DNA of 64,000 bases. Origin: a virus. The position numbers were made by a program, and so were the translations under genes. Below are positions 9,772 through 20,000 of this stretch, in pieces. Below the pieces are notes generated by a model. It had not been told where the DNA came from, did no database searches, and saw nothing but the letters and a program-made list of their open reading frames with translations. Numbering within the stretch: the stretch's first letter is position 1; each line of letters begins with the position of its first letter. Location: the IMG/VR virus record IMGVR_UViG_3300028888_000121, positions 8,313-72,312 of that record. One strand, 5' to 3'.

Positions 9772-10337
9772 ACTATCGGCTTCCGCAAACTCTCACTGTA
9801 AACGGACGGGAAGAGCCGATCCGGTGGGAGTATACAGCAGTTCTGGATGCTATTGCGGCACTTAATGACGGGGACCTTGAAGACTCGGAAAAGGTCCTCG
9901 CTTTTTTGTGGATTATCTACGAGAACTTTGAGCACTTCCACAGAGAAGACTATGCGCCTGCATTTGAGGCAGCTATGAACTTTGTGAACAACGATCTTGA
10001 TGAACAGAAAAAAGACAACATCAAGATGGTCGACTTTGAACAGGACTTCAGGCTGATTGTCTCGGCGATCAACCGCGTGTCGGGAAAAGAGATCCGGGAT
10101 GAGGACGACGTCCACTGGTGGACCTTCCTGTCGTGGTTTATGGAAATCGGAGAATGCACCTATTCAACGGTGCTGAGTATCCGAAGCAAAAGAGCGAAGG
10201 GAAAGAAACTGGAGCCTTGGGAAAAAGAATTCTTTGAAGAAAACAAAGACATCGTGCTGCTGCATCCGAAGCTTACGGCGGAAGAGCGCAGACAGCTTGA
10301 AGAGGATGAACGCATACTGAAAGAACTGCTTGGATAA
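9768..10337 (+). CDS. putative tail assembly chaperone-like protein
   Basis: 189-aa ORF that overlaps the upstream stop as ATGA and sits directly upstream of the tape measure gene. Confidence 0.35.
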   Translation: MNYRLPQTLTVNGREEPIRWEYTAVLDAIAALNDGDLEDSEKVLAFLWIIYENFEHFHREDYAPAFEAAMNFVNNDLDEQKKDNIKMVDFEQDFRLIVSAINRVSGKEIRDEDDVHWWTFLSWFMEIGECTYSTVLSIRSKRAKGKKLEPWEKEFFEENKDIVLLHPKLTAEERRQLEEDERILKELLG

Positions 10338-10360
10338 AAAAGCAAAGGTGGTGATGGCTT

Positions 10361-12796
10361 GTGGAAGATGCGATTACAGTAATGGCGAATCTATCCACAA
10401 AAGGCTTTGAAAAAGGCACAAAAGAAATGACGCAGGCGATCAAGTCGCTGACCAGAACCGCGAAGTCTTTTGGTAGAACAATGCTTTCCACGATCGTCGG
10501 TGTCGGCTCGGTTATTGGTGTTCTGACGAAGTCCATCAGCACCTACATGTCACAGAATGAAGCGCTCAGTCAAAGGATGAACGCGATCTGGACGGCTCTC
10601 GGAAATGTACTCGGTCCTATCATCGAGCAGATTATTGAGTGGATTTCCACAGCGGTATCGTATTTTCTTGGATTCCTGCAATTACTTGGTGTTACCGGAA
10701 AGTCTGCTTCCGAACTGTCGAAGCAGGCAAAGAAGAATACGCAGGAACTTCAGAGAACCTTGCTTGGGTTCGATGAACTGAATGTTTTGCAGGACAATAC
10801 GCAGCAAGATAAAAGCAACCCATTGCGGGACCTTGAACCGTCCGAGTTCATGAAGAAGATTGCCGACCTGCTGAAAAACGGAATGTTTGAAGAGGCCGGA
10901 AGAGAACTTGCACGAAAACTGAATGAGATGATAGCGAAGATCCCGTGGGGAGAACTTGGTGCAAAGCTCCGGTACTACTTCATGGGGCTCCTCGATTTGC
11001 TTTATGGGTTCGTCGATGAATTCGACTGGAAGGCGCTTGGCGCAGGAATCAGGGACTTTATTGTAAACCTGTTTTCAAATCCTCAGGAGATTGCAGAGAA
11101 GATCATGCGGCTGATCAAAGCTGCGTGGGATGCAGTGCTTGATTTTATCTGGGGCCTGTTCTGGGGAGATACGGAAGAGGAACCCCCTCTGATTGCAGCC
11201 TTTAGAAAACTCGGCGATAAGATCTATGAGCTGGCGCAGGATATTCTTCCGATACTGGAACGGCTGTACAACGACTTCATAAAGCCGACTATCGACTGGC
11301 TGGTAAATGAGGCGCTTCCGAAAGTTGTAGACTTTCTTACGAAGGTCGTAGACAAGATCGATGCATGGATCAACAAAAACCCTGATAAGGCAGTAGAACT
11401 CTTGAAGGGTGCTGTAGAACTGCTGATCGGTCTGAAAGTTGGTGCATGGTTTAGGGATCTGATTACCGGCGCGACGAACGCAATCAAGCCGGTCACTGAC
11501 CTTGTGAAAGCTCTGGCCGGAGGCGGCGCTGCTGGTGCCGGTGCAGCCGGAAGTAGTGTTGCAGGAGCTTCCACTGCAGCATCTACGGGGGCGGCTGGCG
11601 CTGCATCAGCAATTGGCGTTTTGGGCGCTGCGGCTGGCGGTGCTGCTGCTGGACTTGGAGTTTATGCTGTTTCTTTGTGGGATGCAAAACTCAGTTCGGA
11701 TTATGCCAAAGAAGCGATGGATGAGACGGGCGGCTCTGTCGAACTGATGGCGCAGAAGATGAACGAATTCCAAGTGACCGCAAGTCATTTGGATGAGTGT
11801 ATGAACGACACCACCGGATACACTACCGCACTTGGATGGAGCATGCAGGAAAGCAGATATGCTATGGAAGCATATAACGAATTCCTGCCGATCCTCGCCG
11901 AACAGCTTGGACTTACCACAGAACAGCTTCAAGCTCAGATTGAAGCCGCAGGCGGAGACGTTACGAAGATCGAAGCCCTCGGGAATGCGATGGCTACTTC
12001 CGCGCAGGCGATGGAAGAAAACCGGGAGTCGATTGCGAAAACCAATGAGGAGTACAAAACCACATCTGGCGAAATCACGCAGAACGCTCAGGAAATGGCT
12101 GCTGGCGTAAACGCTGCGACCGAAGAGATCAAGACTCAGACGGAAGCCAACACGGCAGCGGCAAACACTGCGGCAACCCAAAACGCAGAGGCTATGAATC
12201 AGAACGTGTCTGGACAGTACAGCGAACTGGAAGGCGAAGCGGCAACTCACGCTGAAAACATTCTGACAAAGACCGATTCGACATTCCAGCAGGTAGCCGG
12301 AAACGCAAGCATCTGGGGCTCAGATATGGTAGGCAACTTTATTTACGGTATTCAGTCGCAGATGCCTGCGCTCGAAGCACAGCTTCAGGCAATCGCGAAT
12401 ATGATCAACGCCTACATTCACTTCACGAAGCCGGACAAGGGACCTCTGGCGGACTTTGACACCTACGGCCCTGACATGATCAAGGAATTCGTCGGCGGCA
12501 TTGAAAGCCAAAAGGGAAGGCTGGAACAGGCTATGACGGACATTGCGGAAACTGTATCGTTCCGGATGCCTGCTGTTGCTGGCGGCTCTGTTGTCCCGTA
12601 CAGCGTGTCCAGCGCTGGCGGAGGCTCTGGCGGAGCGGACCTTGGAAGCATGATGGAGCGGTTCATGTCTGCACTGGATACCTTTGAGGATTCAATCCAA
12701 AACATGCAGCTTGTCGCCCAGTTCGGCAGTTTCCGTGTCATCGCGGAGGCAGTGGAAAAAGAGATGCGGCGAAAAGCGAGATCCGAAGGGAGGTAA
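10361..12796 (+). CDS. tail tape measure protein
   Basis: 811-aa ORF with a GTG start after an AAAGGTGGTGA RBS. It is helical, with a hydrophobic/Gly-Ala-rich central segment, and sits in the canonical position. Confidence 0.8.
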   Translation: MEDAITVMANLSTKGFEKGTKEMTQAIKSLTRTAKSFGRTMLSTIVGVGSVIGVLTKSISTYMSQNEALSQRMNAIWTALGNVLGPIIEQIIEWISTAVSYFLGFLQLLGVTGKSASELSKQAKKNTQELQRTLLGFDELNVLQDNTQQDKSNPLRDLEPSEFMKKIADLLKNGMFEEAGRELARKLNEMIAKIPWGELGAKLRYYFMGLLDLLYGFVDEFDWKALGAGIRDFIVNLFSNPQEIAEKIMRLIKAAWDAVLDFIWGLFWGDTEEEPPLIAAFRKLGDKIYELAQDILPILERLYNDFIKPTIDWLVNEALPKVVDFLTKVVDKIDAWINKNPDKAVELLKGAVELLIGLKVGAWFRDLITGATNAIKPVTDLVKALAGGGAAGAGAAGSSVAGASTAASTGAAGAASAIGVLGAAAGGAAAGLGVYAVSLWDAKLSSDYAKEAMDETGGSVELMAQKMNEFQVTASHLDECMNDTTGYTTALGWSMQESRYAMEAYNEFLPILAEQLGLTTEQLQAQIEAAGGDVTKIEALGNAMATSAQAMEENRESIAKTNEEYKTTSGEITQNAQEMAAGVNAATEEIKTQTEANTAAANTAATQNAEAMNQNVSGQYSELEGEAATHAENILTKTDSTFQQVAGNASIWGSDMVGNFIYGIQSQMPALEAQLQAIANMINAYIHFTKPDKGPLADFDTYGPDMIKEFVGGIESQKGRLEQAMTDIAETVSFRMPAVAGGSVVPYSVSSAGGGSGGADLGSMMERFMSALDTFEDSIQNMQLVAQFGSFRVIAEAVEKEMRRKARSEGR

Positions 12797-12802
12797 TAGT
12801 CA

Positions 12803-13180
12803 ATGACGGCAAAACAGAATAGCTATTACTTCTATATCGGGAATACCAACATCGCGCCGTTTATCGAAGAATTTAAGTGGGAATACAACGATGTGGACGC
12901 GCCGAAATCCGGGCGTACACTTGACGCGGTTATGCACAGAGGAAGGGTGACGGACAAGCGGAAGATCTCCATCAAGCTTGTGCCGGTCACCCTTTCCCAG
13001 TGTACGAAGATCATATCAGCGCTGAGGACGCAGTATATAGGCATTAATACCAACATGCTTCCGGAAGGAGCCGTGTCATTCACCGCTTATAACAGTTCAA
13101 GAAACGGCGGCATTGGATTCATCGACACGAGCGGCGCGGTGATGAACCGGGACGTATCATTCAATATCATCGAGAGATAA
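12803..13180 (+). CDS. hypothetical tail protein
   Basis: 125-aa ORF with GGGAGG RBS immediately after the tape measure gene. Confidence 0.4.
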   Translation: MTAKQNSYYFYIGNTNIAPFIEEFKWEYNDVDAPKSGRTLDAVMHRGRVTDKRKISIKLVPVTLSQCTKIISALRTQYIGINTNMLPEGAVSFTAYNSSRNGGIGFIDTSGAVMNRDVSFNIIER

Positions 13181-13195
13181 AAGCGAGGTGGACCG

Positions 13196-13942
13196 ATGCA
13201 AGAGGTAAACTCCACCTACCGAGAAATATTCGACAGCGGAGATTATATCTCCGAGGCCTATGTGGTCATCAACGGAGTAACCTATCAGCAATCAAAGCTG
13301 TATAGCATGTGCACACGAAAGAAGCTCTTCAAAGAGAAAAAGCCCATGTTCGGAAATGCGATTGCCGGTGAGATTGAGATTTCGATGGAAGACCCGGAAC
13401 GGGAGATCCCGCGCGGGGCTTCCATCAAGCCTTATTTCCGACTGAGAAGCGGAAACAAGGTATCTCCGTGGTATCAGAAGGGCGAATTCTTCATCAATAC
13501 CAGAGAAGCAGACGACGAAACGGGACGGCTGGAAATCTACGGCTATGATGCTTTGCGAAAAGCGGAAAGAGACTATCCGTCATCGACTCTGTCGTGGACG
13601 GCGACAAGCCCGAACGCTTACACCGTCGTCAAAGAAATCGTTGCGCACATGTTCGGAGTGTCGTATTCAACAGTCAACGGCAGACCGACAAACTATATTG
13701 AGCAAGACACCATAACAAAGCTGCAAGCGGCAACGCATATCATCGGATTCCCTGCACAGTATACGATGCGGGAAGTTCTGGAAAGCATTGCGACCATGTA
13801 CGGCGGCAACTTCATCATGTCCGATACCGGCAAGCTCAGCCTTGTCGGATTTGTCGATATGCTGGAAGAGACCTTCTATCTCATTACGGAGAACGGAAGG
13901 CGAATTACCTTTGGCGGAACAAGAATTCTGCTGAGGGCGTGA
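13196..13942 (+). CDS. putative distal tail protein (Dit-like)
   Basis: 248-aa ORF in the position after the tape measure gene, with GAGGTGG RBS. Confidence 0.45.
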   Translation: MQEVNSTYREIFDSGDYISEAYVVINGVTYQQSKLYSMCTRKKLFKEKKPMFGNAIAGEIEISMEDPEREIPRGASIKPYFRLRSGNKVSPWYQKGEFFINTREADDETGRLEIYGYDALRKAERDYPSSTLSWTATSPNAYTVVKEIVAHMFGVSYSTVNGRPTNYIEQDTITKLQAATHIIGFPAQYTMREVLESIATMYGGNFIMSDTGKLSLVGFVDMLEETFYLITENGRRITFGGTRILLRA

Positions 13943-13959
13943 AAGGAGAGTGATGCGGA

Positions 13960-15930
13960 ATGTCTGACAGCGTAACATTGGAATACGGGGCAGGTCAATT
14001 CAGCACCTCTCCAAAATTCGCGCCCTATGACATGATTATCCTTGCTCTGGATGAGAACAACTACATCTCCAGCCCGGGAGCGAAGATCCTTGAAGTAACC
14101 GATTCATCCGCCATGACGGATACCTCGAAAAGCTACGCCTACACCGGAAGTGAAAGAGGTTACACGACAAACAAGTGGTATTCCTACAGCGGCAGCGCAT
14201 GGGTTGCCGGAAGCAACTACACACCGTGGGCCAACCGGAATACGGGGACCTACACCTTTACTTGGAATACGACGCAGAACAAGTGGCGGTACAACACTTC
14301 GAGCACCTACTACACGACGGAGCAACTGTACTCCACCTACGGCATAGAGGTCCACTTCGCAAGCGTAACCGGATTCACGGACCAGCCAAAGGATGGAGAC
14401 GTGATTACGGTTGTGCTGATCAAGACTACCGACTCGAACGTCAATGACAAACAGAACGTTTCTTTGAACATCACCATGACCAGAAGCGGCACCTGCATGG
14501 AAGCAGCGTGCCCTCTGGTCAAACCGGCAGAACGTCAGTCCGTGGCGGACAACCTTCTGAAAGACCTGTATGGCTATGAGTATCAGCCGTATTCGGCGAC
14601 GACAGCGATTGTAGACCCTGCTGCGGAGATCGGAGATGCGATTCATGCTTACGGATACTACAGCGGAATCTACGAGCAGGAATTGACCTTCGACTCCATG
14701 ATGGCGTCGGATATCGGGGCCCCGTGGGAAGAAGAGGTTGACAACGAACTGGAATATGAGTCCAGCACGGACCGCAACTACAAGCGGAAGTTCGCCGATA
14801 TTGCGGCGGAGTTCCTGATTAAAGCCGATGAAATTTCCGCACGAGTTACCAAAGAAGGTGCGGGAGACGGCTTTAGCTGGTCTCTGGTATACGACAGCTG
14901 GACGGTCAAAAAAGGAAATACAGAGGTCCTGAAGGTCGATGCGAACGGGCTTCATGTAACCGGAGACGGTACGTTCACCGGAACGATTTATGCGAACGCC
15001 GGTGAGTTTACCGGCGACATCAAAGGCGGCACCATCCATATTGGAAACAACTTTTCTGTTGACAGTTCCGGAAACATGAATGCGTCGAACGCGACATTCA
15101 GCGGATCGATCTCCGGTTCTACCATAACAGGCGGCACCATCAATATTGGAAACGGGAACTTTTTTGTTGACAGTAATGGAAACTTGACTGCGAACAATGG
15201 TACGTTCGGTGGCAATGTAAGCGCAAAGAATGTCTTGTGGGATAGTGCGAACGGTACTCATGGACTTTATTCTGGCCTTGGCTTGGTCGGTAACAGTATT
15301 ACAACAGGTCAAACCTCAGCCGGAATCAACACATCTCTTGGTTACGCTAATTTCTCAAACGGCGTTTTTAACAATACGGAAAAAGCAACGTATGTAAATG
15401 CCGGAAGATACTATGGTGACTCGTACTGGCTGCGATATACGCGGTCCAATGGCGGCGAAGCACTCGGCCTTCTTGATAACCATACACACTACATGTCCGA
15501 GAGCAACGGAAATATTGTTATAAGTGGGCCGGATTTTGAACATACCAGCAATTCTTTTAAGATAGCCAATACCCAGACATATAAGGACATGGTATTGGCG
15601 CTTACTATTACGTCCTTTAGTACGAATAATGCATATAGTACATACAAGGGGTCAGACAACAACTATTATGCATCAATTTCGATTTCTGCCAAAAACGCCG
15701 ATGGAACAGCCAAATACACACACACAGAAACAATCAATGTGACGTCTGTTGTCAACTGGGCCAGACAGGGATATACGCAAGGAACGTTCACACAGACGAG
15801 TGTGTGGCTCGGATACAACGCCGGATATAATTACCCGAAACTGTACACAGAAGATGGCGCGTATTATTACGATGCGCATACAGGACTTGGAAGCGACAGA
15901 GGAACGGCAACGTATTATGTTAAAAGTTGA
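13960..15930 (+). CDS. tail fibre / tail-associated protein with beta-helix-like short repeats
   Basis: 656-aa ORF. Its N-terminal motif YAYTGSERGYTTNKWYSYSGSAWV is shared with ORF 32651..34798. Repeated FTG(T/D)I-GGTI-IGN-F-VDS-GN units occur later. Confidence 0.55.
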   Translation: MSDSVTLEYGAGQFSTSPKFAPYDMIILALDENNYISSPGAKILEVTDSSAMTDTSKSYAYTGSERGYTTNKWYSYSGSAWVAGSNYTPWANRNTGTYTFTWNTTQNKWRYNTSSTYYTTEQLYSTYGIEVHFASVTGFTDQPKDGDVITVVLIKTTDSNVNDKQNVSLNITMTRSGTCMEAACPLVKPAERQSVADNLLKDLYGYEYQPYSATTAIVDPAAEIGDAIHAYGYYSGIYEQELTFDSMMASDIGAPWEEEVDNELEYESSTDRNYKRKFADIAAEFLIKADEISARVTKEGAGDGFSWSLVYDSWTVKKGNTEVLKVDANGLHVTGDGTFTGTIYANAGEFTGDIKGGTIHIGNNFSVDSSGNMNASNATFSGSISGSTITGGTINIGNGNFFVDSNGNLTANNGTFGGNVSAKNVLWDSANGTHGLYSGLGLVGNSITTGQTSAGINTSLGYANFSNGVFNNTEKATYVNAGRYYGDSYWLRYTRSNGGEALGLLDNHTHYMSESNGNIVISGPDFEHTSNSFKIANTQTYKDMVLALTITSFSTNNAYSTYKGSDNNYYASISISAKNADGTAKYTHTETINVTSVVNWARQGYTQGTFTQTSVWLGYNAGYNYPKLYTEDGAYYYDAHTGLGSDRGTATYYVKS

Positions 15931-15953
15931 ATTAGTCTTTATGGAGGTATGAT

Positions 15954-16187
15954 GTGGAAATAATGACGGCAAAAGGGAAAAAGTTTGAATACGATATGTT
16001 AGTGGAAAATCCGACTCCACCAAGACTCTATATCCATATCATAAATTCGAGCTTGCCCGAGGTTGCTGTGGTGTTTACTGATCAGAGTGAACTACCAATT
16101 GTCGGAATGCCAAAATATACAGAGTTTCAAAGCATTTCTGCTACTCCTTATGGCGTGAATGTTGCTTTGAAAGTCGAGGGGACTTAA
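15954..16187 (+). CDS. hypothetical small protein
   Basis: 77-aa ORF with GGAGGT RBS. Confidence 0.35.
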   Translation: MEIMTAKGKKFEYDMLVENPTPPRLYIHIINSSLPEVAVVFTDQSELPIVGMPKYTEFQSISATPYGVNVALKVEGT

Positions 16188-16207
16188 ATAACAATCGGAG
16201 GTAAAAC

Positions 16208-16441
16208 ATGGCGAAGAATAAGTATTGCATGATTGAGAAGGGTTTGCTTGCAAACCTGATCGGCACATTGAAGCAACTGAATGTGCAGGGCTACGACAGC
16301 ATGAACATGCTTGTCGGCTGCGTATCGCTTCTTTCTGAAATGCATGAACATGGCGTAGTTGGTGCTGCGCCGGGTGACTTTGTTCCGGAAAAGAACGAAG
16401 GACCTGAAAAAGTGGAAGAAGACTCCGAAGAGGAGGGATAA
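16208..16441 (+). CDS. hypothetical small acidic protein
   Basis: 77-aa ORF with GGAGGT RBS. Confidence 0.35.
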   Translation: MAKNKYCMIEKGLLANLIGTLKQLNVQGYDSMNMLVGCVSLLSEMHEHGVVGAAPGDFVPEKNEGPEKVEEDSEEEG

Positions 16442-16444
16442 TGT

Positions 16445-17062
16445 ATGGCTGATGCCGCGATAAGCTCTCTTGCTGCTGCTGAAAACATAGGTAACGCTGA
16501 CCTGTTCGTGCTGGAGCAGAACGGGCAGGCCAAGAAACTGAGCGGCGCGACTCTTGCAAGCTTCATCAACCGCGATGTTATGTCGGTGACGGTCAATGAG
16601 CTCCTGACGACCGAATCTCCAAGCGTGGACTATGACCTCATCACAGGCGCTCTGATCCTCGGAATCCCGAAAGGGAACAGCATTGTCCGCGCCTATGTGG
16701 ACAACAATTATCAGCTGATCATGGAGTGGGCGGACGGCACGACAACCTCCGTTGGTACCGTGCAGGGTGAAACCGGTAAATCGGCTTATGCCTATGCGGT
16801 AGAGCAGGGATACACGGGCTCGGAAACGGACTTCGCAACGCTGCAAATCAATCTGTACAACGCTTCCTTGAACGAGGATGAGCGCGTACAGGCTGAAAAC
16901 GAACGCAAGACCGAGTACGCCTACATGATTCAGCGAATGAACGATAAAATTGCCGCTATGGACGCATTGGTTAATAAGGCCGATGCGTCCGTGTCCGGTA
17001 CTACCCTGATAATCACAAGACTTGGCACGTCAGTCGTCGATACCACACTGATGATTGCCTGA
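16445..17062 (+). CDS. hypothetical tail protein
   Basis: 205-aa ORF with a GAGGAGGG RBS upstream, immediately before the giant tail gene. Confidence 0.4.
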   Translation: MADAAISSLAAAENIGNADLFVLEQNGQAKKLSGATLASFINRDVMSVTVNELLTTESPSVDYDLITGALILGIPKGNSIVRAYVDNNYQLIMEWADGTTTSVGTVQGETGKSAYAYAVEQGYTGSETDFATLQINLYNASLNEDERVQAENERKTEYAYMIQRMNDKIAAMDALVNKADASVSGTTLIITRLGTSVVDTTLMIA

Positions 17063-17076
17063 TGTGAGGTGAAAGC

Positions 17077-20000
17077 ATGGCTAACAGACCTATTGAACAT
17101 GTCTATGTAAACGACACCACATACGATGTCAAAGACATCTACGCAGAGCGCTCGGAAAACAAGGCGAGCGCTTTTTCTGCGGTCCCCGGTGACACAAAGT
17201 TCCCGACTGAGAAACTGGTCAAGGACAATCTGGACCTGAAAGAGAATGCCGCAAACAAAATTACCACCTTCGCCGGAATTGTCCCGAACGACACCCAGTA
17301 TCCGTCTGCGAAACTGGTAAAGGACACCATCGATCAGGTTGTCACGGACCTTGGCGGCAGCATCGACGGAATCGACTTCACGCCTTATGAGCGTCATGCC
17401 AACCGTGTTTCCGTTTTTCAGGCTACCCCGGATGATACACACTATCCGTCTGAAAAACTCGTCAAGGACAATCTGGACGCCCTCAGCACTGGCGTTTCCA
17501 ACGTCAGAACGGTTGTTGTGTCCGCACTTCCTGCAATCGCAGACGCGTCTGAGACGGTAAACTACGTCCTGTACACGAGCGGCCTTGCCCTTCTGTATAA
17601 GAAGATCGAGGGCGCATGGGTCCTGATCAGCGGTTCCAAGGCCTATGTCGGAGACAACCTTCCGTCTACCGGCGATATCTTCACGGAATACTATATTCCG
17701 AACCCGACCGGCGACAACTACCTGCATTATCGGTGGGCTGATCCCATTGCCGCAGACCCGGAGCACGGCACTGAGGCTGTCCCGGGCCGGTTCTATGCAA
17801 TCGGGTCCGACGCGTACTCCAAAGCAGAGGTCGACGAGATCCTTGCCGATTACGAAGTGCTGTCGAATAAGGTTACGTCTATCACTTCCGCATCGACGGA
17901 CACTCAGTATCCTTCCGCAAAGGCCGTCTATACGTCTCTGCAAAGCCTTCAGAGTGCTCTGGAAGGTAAGGTGGAAGATTCCACGCAGGTTGTTTCGAGC
18001 GTTCCTTCGGCTGCTTCTGCCGACGAGAACGTCAACTATGTCGTGAAGCAGGGGACCGGCGCTCTTCTGTACCGCAAGATCGACGGCGTCATGAAGATGA
18101 TCGGTGGCGCGATGGTAAAGGTAGTGTCTGCGCTTCCGGAGGACGGGAACGGCGATCCTGACGGCGATGAGTTCACGGACTACTATGTGGCGACGACAGA
18201 CCCGAAAATCTATCTGCACTATCGGTGGTCCGACACGCTCGGTGACTTCTATGCTGTCGGTGCGGATGCCTACTCAAGAACACAGATCGATAACAAGCTG
18301 TCTGAAATCACCACCAATCACTCCACGGATATCAGCGGTATCAATGATGCCGTGAACGGCCTCGGCAGAGCAATCGAGAGTGCAAATGCCGATATCGACG
18401 AACTGCGCGGGGATATCAATGAGTATTCCATGTCTCTTGTCCAGAACGGCGACGTGTACTTGATTGAGATGTATGAGAACGAAGACACGGAAAACCCGGT
18501 CAGTACCATCACGCTTCCTCATGGAACCGGTGGCGGTGGCGGAACGAGCGGCACAACGATCATGACGGTCGAACGCATTACGCCGACGCCTCTGTCTGTG
18601 ATTCCGACTGATACAATCGTTCTTCAGGTCAACTATTCTTCTGTTGACTCGGACAATGAGACGGTAGACGGATCGTATGTCCTCAAAATGGGCAACGCTG
18701 TTGTTATGACCGGCGCAATGGTGCAGGGCCTCAATAGTTTTAATGTCACCAACTTCTGCACGGTAGGTTCTCAAAAGTTCACCCTCACCGTCACGGACGA
18801 CGGCGGGTCCATGAACACAAAGTCTTGGACTGTGCAGGTTGTCGACGTCCGTATTGAATCAGCCTTCAGCGACAGATACACGAACGCAACCGGGAAGGCT
18901 GTCAACGTCACATACACGCCTTACGGCTCTGTCCCGAAGGTAGTTCATTTCAAGCTGGATGGCGGGGATCTTCCCTCCGTGACGACCTCGGCTTCCGGTA
19001 TCCTTCAGAGTTATTCCGTCCCGGCGCAGTCCCACGGCGCACACCTTTTGGAATTCTGGATGACAGCAACAGTCAACGGTGAAAACCTCGAAACCGACCA
19101 CATCTTCAAAGATATCATCTGGTACGACGAAGCCAGCGACGATCCGGTGATCGGCTGCATTTATCGGTATGACCATTATGGCCTTGCCAATGTGAAGCAG
19201 TACAACACCTTCAATATTCCCTATGTTGTCTATGATCCCAGAACTTCAAACCCGACCGTGGAACTTAGAGTAGACGGCAATCTGGTAAGCGAACTGCATC
19301 TCAGCACGGCGTCCAACACATGGTCCTACAAATCCGATGTTGTAGCAACCCATATCCTGACAATCACCTGCCGCACGACTACGGTTACGCTGCGTGTGAA
19401 TGTGCAGGAGCTTGGATATGACATTCAGCCTGTGACCGCAAACCTTGACTTCGACTTCAACCCTGTCGGAATCACGAACGCGTCTTCAAACAGGCTGTGG
19501 ACCGATGCGAATAACCCGGATGTTAAACTTACGGTCTCCGACAACTTCGACTGGAACAACGGCGGATATCAGGTGGACAGCGACGGAAACCAGTATTTCT
19601 GCGTCCGGTCCGGAACAAGAGCCTATATCTCTCACCATCTGTTCGGAACCGATCCGAAGCAGAACGGCGAAGAGTTCAAGATCATCTTTAAGGTGTCGAG
19701 CGTCCGTGATAAAGATGCGACCTTCCTGACCTGCCTGACCGGCGCGGCCAATGACAAGGTCGGCTTCAAGATGCAGGCCCATGAGGCGACGATCTACACC
19801 TCCACCGGCTCTCTTGTGACCAACTACTGCGAAGACGATATCATCGAATTCGAGTACAACATCAATTCCATCGACCTTGAGACTGACGGCGCGACATCGT
19901 TTATCATGACCTACGAAGACGGCGTGGCCGCGAGACCTCTGCTGTACTCCAACGCGGAAGACTTCCTGCTGTATCAGCTGAACCCGGTGAATATCACCAT

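Noticed and set aside
9700-9775. Programmed -1 ribosomal frameshift joining ORFs 9268..9771 and 9768..10337, as in lambda G/GT tail chaperones
   Set aside because: The second ORF is in the -1 frame. However that frame has a stop at 9753-9755, leaving only ~15 nt of overlap, and no XXXYYYZ slippery heptamer lies in the correct phase. The ATGA overlap argues for ordinary translational coupling.
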